The translations under genes and the position numbers were made by a program. Under the pieces are notes generated by a model. It had not been told where the DNA came from. It saw nothing but the letters and a program-made list of their open reading frames with translations, and ran no database searches. DNA of 40,337 bases from Thermoplasmatota archaeon (GTDB lineage: Archaea; Thermoplasmatota; E2; JACPAO01; JAHFTW01). The stretch is from contig JBFJYU010000001.1 in assembly GCA_041622435.1 (NCBI GenBank), positions 1 through 40,337 of the forward strand, written 5' to 3'. The number at the start of each line of letters is the position of its first letter. Position 1 is the stretch's first letter. This document shows positions 32,526-39,504 of this stretch, in pieces.

Positions 32526-33902
32526 CTAAATTTCGGGCCGAGTCGCGACGTGTAGCATGCTGGCATGCACCGTGTGTTGATTGCCGGCCGCATCGACGGC
32601 GGTCACCTGCACGACCTGCTCCAGGGGCGCCAGGAGGGGTGGGTCAAAGAACCACTTGTACGGAGGGGCCGCAGCGGTGTGACCCGTGCCATCCTGTGCC
32701 TCGAAGCTGACGCTTGCAATCCCACACACGTCGGTGGCGTTAGCGACAATGGTCACGCCGCCGACCACCACCGGAATCCCCAGGGGGCTCTGAAGGGGCC
32801 CCGGTTGATCGAGGATATAAATGGTGTGCTTGGCGGGGCGCGTGATCGTGGTGGAAGGGGCCACCGTGTCCTCGATGACCACGGTGGTCGCAGCCCTCAC
32901 GGTTGCATGGCCATCCTCCACGGTCAATGACACCTCGGTGGCACCCAGGGGGAACGTCCCTGTTGGCGTGGGAGATGTGGGATCGTCGAAAGTCACGCCC
33001 GGCGCGTCCCAGTGCAACTGGATCGGATCACCATTGGGGTGATGGCTTCCCGAGCCGTCCAGCGTGACGGCAGCACCGTCGGGCCCCGTGCACTCCTGCC
33101 TCGGGACCGGCGCAATCGCGGCGATCGGGGCGAGCCGTCGTATGAATTCGCTGTACTGAACCTCAGGCTGTGAAAAGTTGTAGAAACCGACGCGTCCGTC
33201 CTGGAATTGACCCGTAACATCGAAGACGACCAATCCGTCCGCGAATGGGCCTTGGCCGCCCGTAATGGTGATCCGGATGTTCGTCGCCGTGTGGAGGAGT
33301 TTGATTTCGTATTCGGTGAACTCCCTCCATCCAAGATCCGTGCCAAGGTTTCGCCCCAGAACGTCAATCATGGGGCACTTATCCTCGTCTTTGCTCCACA
33401 TGCAATTACCAATCACCTGGCCGCCGGCATAGTGGCTGAAACTGCCCGTGATTTCGCCCTCTATGTGGTACAACGTGAGGCCCGCACGGGCTTGGTGTCC
33501 GCGGTGGCTTTGGTCCCCCTTCTTCCAATCCAGGATGTAGGTGTTCACGGAGGTTGGCTCGTGGCCTAATTCGGCCAGAGGCGACTGGAAGCCGAAAACG
33601 AATCCGATGAAATCGTCGTCGTCGCTTGTCTGTACGCTAATCGTGCCGCGTGTCAAAGTGCCGCGCGTGTTTTCGGGATCGACAAAGTACGTGGGATCCC
33701 CGTTGATGTGTTGCATGACGCTCTGGCCGTCAGGGGCCAGGCGCCAGTCGCCGTAGGCGGATGTTCCTTGCTGGAGCCAACCGCTGAGGTCGACGACTTC
33801 GTCTTGGCCGTTGCTTGGCAGGGCCGTCGCGAGGAGGGCCATGACAGTGACGGCGCTTGCAATGGTAAGGCGCCTTCGGCGTTGTAGCGTTTTTTCGATC
33901 AT
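32526..33902 (-). CDS. Secreted LamG/TSPN-like (concanavalin-like) domain protein with C-terminal Ig/HYR-like domains
   Basis: ATG 33902 gives a signal anchor (RRRRLTIASAVTVMALLATALP). GDWRLAPDGQSVMQHINGDPTYFV...DDDDFIGFVFGFQ is a LamG/TSPN hallmark. The track extension to 34154 is junk. Confidence 0.8.
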   Translation of the reverse strand: MIEKTLQRRRRLTIASAVTVMALLATALPSNGQDEVVDLSGWLQQGTSAYGDWRLAPDGQSVMQHINGDPTYFVDPENTRGTLTRGTISVQTSDDDDFIGFVFGFQSPLAELGHEPTSVNTYILDWKKGDQSHRGHQARAGLTLYHIEGEITGSFSHYAGGQVIGNCMWSKDEDKCPMIDVLGRNLGTDLGWREFTEYEIKLLHTATNIRITITGGQGPFADGLVVFDVTGQFQDGRVGFYNFSQPEVQYSEFIRRLAPIAAIAPVPRQECTGPDGAAVTLDGSGSHHPNGDPIQLHWDAPGVTFDDPTSPTPTGTFPLGATEVSLTVEDGHATVRAATTVVIEDTVAPSTTITRPAKHTIYILDQPGPLQSPLGIPVVVGGVTIVANATDVCGIASVSFEAQDGTGHTAAAPPYKWFFDPPLLAPLEQVVQVTAVDAAGNQHTVHASMLHVATRPEI

Positions 33903-33920
33903 CGTGCCAGCCGCGCCGTC

Positions 33921-33929
33921 ATTTGTATA
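33921..33929 (-). promoter_or_regulatory. TATA-like box (TATACAAAT) about 23 nt upstream of ATG 33902
   Basis: The reverse strand reads CTATACAAATGACGGCGCGGCTGGCACGATG. Confidence 0.4.
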
Positions 33930-34056
33930 GCAGACTAAGTATCCTTGCTTTGGCCCTGGATTGTCGGGGTAGCAACATGGCCGCCGCGCAGGGGGTGGAA
34001 CAGGGCGCGGGCGGGACCGGTGTTCATGTTGTGGCCCTGCTGCTGCACGCATGAAT

Positions 34057-34097
34057 TGTTGGGTGGTTCGCGTCCTTGCGTGCCGGCCCACCCAACA
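34057..34097. other. 10-bp stem / 21-nt loop hairpin inside an unassigned 340-nt spacer
   Basis: TGTTGGGTGG (34057-34066) pairs with CCACCCAACA (34088-34097). Confidence 0.2.
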
Positions 34098-34271
34098 CGA
34101 ATCCGCCGCCGACTCCGTGGCCAAGCCGGATCGACACGTAGGTGGGATCGGCACATGGCGGGGCCGCGTCGCGACCCCCCGGCGTCAGCGGTCATGCGCA
34201 GCCGGGATCGACGTGGTACGGGCACCCGCCCCAGCCGCCAGCCTTGCTATGCCGGTCGGGGGCAACGGGGT

Positions 34272-35864
34272 TCAGTGGCGGAAGCTGCGCTGCCCCGAGA
34301 ACATCATGGCGATGCCGTGCTCGTCGGCCGCCTGGATGACCTCGTCGTCGCGGATCGATCCACCCGGTTGGACGATGGCTACGACGCCGTTGGCGGCGGC
34401 GCCATCGATGCCGTCGCGGAACGGGAAGAAGGCATCGCTGGCCATGACGCTGCCCTTGATCTTGTCGCCGCCCTTGTGGGTCGCGATGGTCACGGAGTCC
34501 ACGCGGGCGGTTTGGCCGCCACCGATGCCGACCGTGCGCGTGCCTTGCACGAACACCACGGCGTTGGATCGGATGGCCTTCACGCAGCGCGCGGCGAAGA
34601 CCATGGACTCCAGTTGCTCGTCGGTCGGCGCGGTCTTCGTAACGGTCTTCCAGGACTCCGCCTCGTACGGCTTGAGGTCCCGGTCCTGCACCAGCAGGCC
34701 GCCGGTGATGGAACGGATCTGGGTGCCACTGCGCCGGTACGGGCCGTCGAGGCCGGGCACTTCGAGGATGCGCAGGTTCTTCTTTTTCTTGAGCAACGCG
34801 AGGGCAGCGGCGTCGAAGCCGGGCGCGATGACGATCTCAAGAAACAGCTTGGAGAGTGCCTCGGCCGTCGCGGTGTCGAGGCGGCGATTGAACGCGACGA
34901 TGCCACCGAAGGGACTGTAGGGGTCGCAGGCGAGGGCGTCGTTCCAGGCGTCGTGGATGGTGTCGGCCGTCGCGATGCCGCAGGGCGTGGCATGCTTGAC
35001 GATCACGCAAGCAGGCTCTTCCGGGAACTCCTTGACCGCCTCCAGGCAGATGTCGGCGTCGAGGAGGTTGTTGTAACTGAGTTGCTTGCCGTGCAGTTGC
35101 TTGGCGCGCACGATGCTGGGCTCGACGACGTTGCGGGGCCCGGCCTTCTCGTAGAACGCGGCGCGCTGGTGGCTGTTCTCACCGTACCTCAGAACCTCGC
35201 GGCGGTCGTAGGCGAACACCAGGTGTTCCGGGTAGTCCGTCAGGCCGAAGCGCTTGGAGAGCACGCGGGCGATGACGGCGTCGTAGCGCGCGGTGACCTG
35301 GAAGGCGCGCAGGGCGAGTTCCTGGCGCAGGGCGAGGCCAACGTCGCCGGCCTTCAGCGCCGTGGCCACGCGGTCGTATTGCTCCGGGTGGGTCACGACC
35401 AGCACGTCGCGGTGGTTTTTCGCCGCGGCCCGGATGAGGCTGGGGCCACCGATGTCGATTTGTTCGATGAGGTCCGCGAGTGCGGCATCGTCCGCCGCCG
35501 TCTGCTCGAACGGGTACAGGTTGACGCAGACCAGGTCGATGCCGGCGAGGCCGTGGTCGTCCATGGCCTGGGCGTGGTCGGGGTTTTCCCGCACGCCGAG
35601 GATGCCGCCGAAGACCTTCGGGTGGAGGGTCTTGAGCCGACCACCCATCATTTCGGGGAATCCGGTCACGTCGCTGACGTCTTCGACGCGAAGGCCGTGT
35701 TCGCGCAGCAAACCTGCCGTTCCGCCGGTTGAAACCAGTTCGACGCCGCTGGCGGCGAGCCGCTTGGCGAAGTCGACGACACCGGTCTTGTCACTGACGC
35801 TCACGAGCGCTCGCCGAATCTTCGGCTGGGCCTGCCCCGTCACGGCGCGGCCATGGAGGGGCAT
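34272..35864 (-). CDS. purH: Bifunctional AICAR transformylase / IMP cyclohydrolase
   Basis: ALVSVSDKTG, GGTAGLL, GRLKTLHP, and the C-terminal IVQPGGSIRD. The candidate starts are ATG 35864 and GTG 35843. GTG 35843 is the more likely leaderless start because TTTTTAA (35864-35870) lies 24 nt upstream of it. Confidence 0.95.
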   Translation of the reverse strand: MPLHGRAVTGQAQPKIRRALVSVSDKTGVVDFAKRLAASGVELVSTGGTAGLLREHGLRVEDVSDVTGFPEMMGGRLKTLHPKVFGGILGVRENPDHAQAMDDHGLAGIDLVCVNLYPFEQTAADDAALADLIEQIDIGGPSLIRAAAKNHRDVLVVTHPEQYDRVATALKAGDVGLALRQELALRAFQVTARYDAVIARVLSKRFGLTDYPEHLVFAYDRREVLRYGENSHQRAAFYEKAGPRNVVEPSIVRAKQLHGKQLSYNNLLDADICLEAVKEFPEEPACVIVKHATPCGIATADTIHDAWNDALACDPYSPFGGIVAFNRRLDTATAEALSKLFLEIVIAPGFDAAALALLKKKKNLRILEVPGLDGPYRRSGTQIRSITGGLLVQDRDLKPYEAESWKTVTKTAPTDEQLESMVFAARCVKAIRSNAVVFVQGTRTVGIGGGQTARVDSVTIATHKGGDKIKGSVMASDAFFPFRDGIDGAAANGVVAIVQPGGSIRDDEVIQAADEHGIAMMFSGQRSFRH

Positions 35865-35870
35865 TAAAAA
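35864..35870 (-). promoter_or_regulatory. TATA-like box (TTTTTAA) for purH
   Basis: The reverse strand reads CTCTTTTTAATGCCCCTCCATGGCCGCGCCGTGACG. Confidence 0.4.
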
Positions 35871-36038
35871 GAGTGTGGGAGCCAGTGGTGCCGGCGTATG
35901 GGGCCGCCCCAGAACCGGAAGACCAGCCTGCGGACCGCCCGCGCGCGGCAGCGCCTGGCCCGCAGCCAGCCCGGCTGCCCGGCGTGAGGCGGGCGGTTGT
36001 GCCCCCAAGTGGTTTGCCGCGGCGCCAAGACCACAAGC

Positions 36039-36090
36039 ATCTAGTAATTACAAGGCCCAATCGCTTACTAGATCAAATGAGCGCTCTAGA
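36039..36090. promoter_or_regulatory. Cluster of palindromes: a 9-bp inverted repeat ATCTAGTAA/TTACTAGAT with a 17-nt spacer, then GAGCGCTC and TCTAGA. Candidate operator.
   Basis: The elements lie at 36039-36047 and 36065-36073, 36079-36086, and 36085-36090. This is about 150 nt upstream of the RHH gene, in a locally low-GC segment. Confidence 0.3.
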
Positions 36091-36234
36091 TAGCTTGGAA
36101 GACGGGAATGCACTGCCTTCGCCACCACAAGCAAGGCTCGCAGGCCGCCATGCCGGCATTTTACAGGATGGATCCCAGGTACCACCGTGTAATAGAATAC
36201 AGCCTGTTAAGCGATTAACCGGGATGGCCTGAAC

Positions 36235-36468
36235 ATGGGCCGATCCCGCGTGCCCGCATCCGGCCGCAAAAAGAGCATCAGCATCACACCCGACCCGCGG
36301 TTCCTCGCCTGGGTTGAGGAGCGCTCCGGCCCCGGCAAGCGGTTTGCCACGATCACGCACGCCTTCGAATCCGCCATCAACGAACTGATGGAACAGGAAG
36401 AGGAGCAAGAGGCGATGCGGGCCGAACTGCGCTCCCGCCGCGCCGCCGCCCACGAAGCCCTCCAGTAG
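36235..36468 (+). CDS. Ribbon-helix-helix (CopG-like) DNA-binding protein, tentative
   Basis: KKSISITPD (beta strand), then RFLAWVEERSG and ITHAFESAINELM (two helices). The C-terminal tail is charged. Confidence 0.5.
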   Translation: MGRSRVPASGRKKSISITPDPRFLAWVEERSGPGKRFATITHAFESAINELMEQEEEQEAMRAELRSRRAAAHEALQ

Positions 36469-36501
36469 GCCACCCGGGCCGTCGGCGCCAGCGAACCGCC
36501 T

Positions 36502-38088
36502 CTACCAGCGGACATCCACGACGCCCGCGACGAGGCACTGGAACGCCGGGTCCTGGCTGATGGGACCCAGATCCGGCTCGTAGGCCGCCTCGTGCTGCAA
36601 TGCCGGATCGTGATGCAACGCGATGCGCAACCAATGGACCGCCTCGCGCGACCGATGCAGGTTGGACGCCACGCACGACGCCTCGAAAGCATTGCGCGCG
36701 ACGGTGGCCGAATCAGCCTTTTGCGCCTGGTAGATCCAATGGGCCATCTTGTGGTGCTCCAAGGCGCGGGCGTACTGGCGCAGGTTCGCCGACGCCAGCG
36801 CCCGAGTCGTGTAGTGGCGGCCATCAACGGGGTCGTTGCGAATCGCGCGCTGCGCGTACCACGAGGCCAGTCGGTAGCGACTCCTGCCGGAAGCCTGGTT
36901 GGCCAGTTCGCTCCAGCCAAGCGCGCGGCGCCCCGCGCCAGCCGCGCCACGCCCGTCGGCGTCCGGACCAGCCGAACGCGCGGCGGCCAGCGGCCTGGAC
37001 CACGCAGCGCCCGCTGCGGCGGCCACGAGCGCGGTGCCGAAGGCGACACCCAACAGAGGCAACGCAACCCACCCGGCACCCACGACGGCCGCGTCGCCGC
37101 GAACGCCACTGGTCGAGACGACCGCCACGCGCAGGCCTTCGGGCAGGGCTCGCCAATTGAGCGAGGCGCCCGCCAGAGTCACGTTTCCGGCCACTCGGTA
37201 GATGCGTTCGTCGGCGACCGCGACGGTGCCCGCGGCCCCCTCAAGGGCCACCTCGCCGTCCGTCGCCGCCAGGCCTGCGTCCGCGTAAAGGGCCGACGGC
37301 GCGGACCGGTACTGGATCGACAGCGACCCGCCGTGGACCGTCAGGAAACTGTAGACGTAGCGTTCCTGTGTAACGACGCCCGCGTGGTTGGCCATTTGCT
37401 GGTGGCCCGTGCGCGTCACCGCCGAACTGCCAGAGCCTGACAATTCGTACGAGACCCCCCACAGGTAGAGGAGGAAATCGCCGGTAACACTTTGGAATCC
37501 CGAGCCGTCGGCGCTAAGCCGGGCCGTATTGCGAGCCACGAACTCGAAGTCCTCGGGCACGGTGCCGGGCGTCCGCTGGCCGTCGCCGGGAACGGTTTGA
37601 GTGCGCTCGATGACCTCCTCCGCCACCGTCGTGATCCGGACAGGCCCTTGCACGTCAGTGCGCACCACGGTGAGGGGCGAGAGGGGCATCACCATGATCA
37701 CCGCCGAATCGTGGATTTCGGCCAGCGTTGCGCGCGCGGGGCCCCCCGCGTGGCGGCCCTCGGGCTCGTAGGGTTGGGTGATGGCCATCGTATGCGGCGT
37801 GTGGACGCGGGTGGTTTCCATGCCGACGATGCGTTCGGTCAGTTGTTCGGCGTCAAGCGCGAGCACCAGTCCGCTGACCGGCGCGGGGCGCACAACGAGG
37901 AACTGCGCCTGCGTGCCTTCGGGGCTGGCGGCCGCGACGGACCCGTGCGCCTCGACGGCCTCTGCGTACAGCGCTGCGGCGGGGGCACTTGCCAGGACCA
38001 GAACGCTGAGGACGGCCCAAACCGGCCGCGCCGTCAGCTTCCCCCCTGGACAGCGTTGTGGGTGCCGGTGACGGGAACAGGACCCCAT
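36502..38088 (-). CDS. Single-pass membrane protein with an extracellular domain, a TM helix, and a cytoplasmic TPR-like helical repeat domain
   Basis: ATG 38088 gives a signal-like MGSCSRHRHPQRCPGGKLTARPVWAVLSVLVLASAPAAALYA. The TM segment is GWVALPLLGVAFGTALVAAAAGAAW. The C-terminal helical repeats are TPR-like. The gene overlaps the upstream gene by 55 nt. Confidence 0.7.
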   Translation of the reverse strand: MGSCSRHRHPQRCPGGKLTARPVWAVLSVLVLASAPAAALYAEAVEAHGSVAAASPEGTQAQFLVVRPAPVSGLVLALDAEQLTERIVGMETTRVHTPHTMAITQPYEPEGRHAGGPARATLAEIHDSAVIMVMPLSPLTVVRTDVQGPVRITTVAEEVIERTQTVPGDGQRTPGTVPEDFEFVARNTARLSADGSGFQSVTGDFLLYLWGVSYELSGSGSSAVTRTGHQQMANHAGVVTQERYVYSFLTVHGGSLSIQYRSAPSALYADAGLAATDGEVALEGAAGTVAVADERIYRVAGNVTLAGASLNWRALPEGLRVAVVSTSGVRGDAAVVGAGWVALPLLGVAFGTALVAAAAGAAWSRPLAAARSAGPDADGRGAAGAGRRALGWSELANQASGRSRYRLASWYAQRAIRNDPVDGRHYTTRALASANLRQYARALEHHKMAHWIYQAQKADSATVARNAFEASCVASNLHRSREAVHWLRIALHHDPALQHEAAYEPDLGPISQDPAFQCLVAGVVDVRW

Positions 38089-38666
38089 CCGATGGCGCGC
38101 ACGTCGTTGCGCGCTTCGTCGAGAAGCTCCCGGACCTGCGCGGGCATCGCGATCGTGAATTGGGAGACAACCTGGCGGTACAAGGCCCAGGTTTGCTCGA
38201 TGCAGGTCGCCGGAACCACGTAGACGGGCGGCAGGGCGCCGACGTGGATGTTGATGCAGTCGTAGTTTTCGGCTACCGCCGGGTTGGATGGCCGGCCTTC
38301 GCCGCTGTCTTTGCGCGAGCTGATGGTGTACGCGCTCAGGAACGCGCCGTCCGGATCGGTGTGGTTGAGACCCAAACTGGTTGCAATGACGATGCCGTCG
38401 CGCCGAATGACGTAGTTGTCGACGAGGTCGGCGGACTTTTCCCATCGCACCTCGACCCCGTGGGGGCGGACCACGGCCGAGACGTGTTCGGGCGGCAAGG
38501 GGCCCGAGTAGCCCTCCTTGGCACCTCCGTCCATGCGGATCGAGGTCGTGTACTCGATGTCGCCGATCTTCAGGGCCGGAGCCTCTGTGTCAGCGGCGTG
38601 GGCAGGCGTCAGCATCAGGAGTGCCGCAGCGAGCACCCCCACAATCCAGGTTCGGATCATCTCCAT
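38034..38666 (-). CDS. Secreted protein with an Fn3-like domain, unknown function
   Basis: Signal peptide MEMIRTWIVGVLAAALLMLTPAHA. The Fn3-like segment is PPEHVSAVVRPHGVEVRWEKSADLVDNYVIRRDG. Confidence 0.7.
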   Translation of the reverse strand: MEMIRTWIVGVLAAALLMLTPAHAADTEAPALKIGDIEYTTSIRMDGGAKEGYSGPLPPEHVSAVVRPHGVEVRWEKSADLVDNYVIRRDGIVIATSLGLNHTDPDGAFLSAYTISSRKDSGEGRPSNPAVAENYDCINIHVGALPPVYVVPATCIEQTWALYRQVVSQFTIAMPAQVRELLDEARNDVRAIGWGPVPVTGTHNAVQGGS

Positions 38667-38724
38667 ACCCAGCCGCCATTAATTGTGTTACCGCTTATCA
38701 CGCTTTGGATGGGTTGGCCCCGCA

Positions 38725-38748
38725 GCGCGCAACCTTCGGGTTTCGCGC
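38725..38748 (-). other. Stem-loop in the spacer downstream of the DOHH-like gene (10 stem positions with 1 mismatch, and a tetraloop)
   Basis: GCGCGCAACC TTCG GGTTTCGCGC on the plus strand. The loop reads CGAA on the transcribed minus strand. Confidence 0.2.
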
Positions 38749-38797
38749 CGGGACCAGAGGGGCCGTTCTCCGGCGCAGGGTCGGGGCTGGCGGCTCA

Positions 38798-39322
38798 CTA
38801 CTCGACGTATTCCAAATTATCCGAGTTGATCCATGCAATAAGGTCGAGGGCAACCTCGCAGCTCTCCGCCACCTCGGGATTGGGGTCCTCCAGGTACCGG
38901 CGCAGGACATCCACTGACTCGGGCAGACCAATGGCGCCCAGCGCCTCGGCCGCCTCGTGGCGCACCATCACGTGCTCGTCCTCCGCCTCCAGCACCCGCG
39001 TCAGGGCCGGCACGGCATGGGTATCCTGCATCTGGCCGAGAACGTAGGCGAGCTCGTGGCGCAGCAACGCGGACGGGTCGGCGAACGCTGCGGCCAGCGC
39101 ATCGACAGCGTCGGCGCCGCCGAGGTTGCGCAGGGCGAAGACGGCGCGCATGCGCTGAAACATCGGCAACGACCCGTCGAGCAACTGGGCGCGCATGCGC
39201 GCGACCTCAGACGATGCCGCCGGGTTGTCCGGGGTGGCCGGGGCCAACTGGGGCGGCGCCGGGTCGACGCTGGCATAACCGCTCTCGTCGCGCCACGCCT
39301 CAAGTTGCTCCCTGCGATCCAC
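38798..39322 (-). CDS. Half-size deoxyhypusine hydroxylase (DOHH)-like HEAT-repeat protein with two His-Glu motifs
   Basis: YASVDPAPP, MFQRMRAVFALRNLGG, SALLRHELAYVLGQMQD, VMVRHEAAEALGAIG and EVAESCEVALDL match my recollection of the linker and C-terminal half of eukaryotic DOHH. GTG start, with an in-frame TAA 9 codons upstream. An alternative ATG lies at 39196. Confidence 0.8.
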   Translation of the reverse strand: MDRREQLEAWRDESGYASVDPAPPQLAPATPDNPAASSEVARMRAQLLDGSLPMFQRMRAVFALRNLGGADAVDALAAAFADPSALLRHELAYVLGQMQDTHAVPALTRVLEAEDEHVMVRHEAAEALGAIGLPESVDVLRRYLEDPNPEVAESCEVALDLIAWINSDNLEYVE

Positions 39323-39475
39323 GCGACGGCCGACTCCGGCGGCGATTTATCGCTTGCGGCGGCCGGCTACGCCCGGCCCGCACCCCAGCCGTCCACGAAC
39401 CCCACACGCCGGCGCACCCGCCGAGGCACGGACCGGGGCCCGGACGCCACACAGGCCAACACGTGTTCGAGCCTC

Positions 39476-39482
39476 TTTTTAT
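39476..39482 (+). promoter_or_regulatory. TATA-like box (TTTTTAT) 26 nt upstream of ATG 39505
   Basis: CCTCTTTTTATGCCATCAAGGCAATCGACGGCCATG. Confidence 0.45.
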
Positions 39483-39504
39483 GCCATCAAGGCAATCGAC
39501 GGCC

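Noticed and set aside
33945-35732. 595-aa plus-strand ORF
   Set aside because: It is antisense to purH, whose identity is unambiguous, and has shadow-ORF composition.
35865-36030. Searched the purH and fol-operon upstream regions for ZTP (pfl) or THF riboswitch consensus
   Set aside because: I could not find the conserved cores by eye, and such riboswitches are not expected in archaea. An Infernal scan would be needed to be certain.
36040-36123. MITE or insertion-sequence interpretation of the direct-repeat-flanked 84-nt segment
   Set aside because: The ends have no terminal inverted repeats and there is no transposase anywhere in the window. It is kept only as a low-confidence alternative in the findings.
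35873-36232. 119-aa plus-strand ORF (and its internal 51-codon ORF from ATG 36077) ending 2 nt before the RHH gene. Considered as a possible small toxin/antitoxin partner.
   Set aside because: Third-position GC is low and codon usage is atypical for this genome. The translation has no recognisable features. The DNA is better explained as a palindrome-rich regulatory or inserted segment. It cannot be fully excluded.
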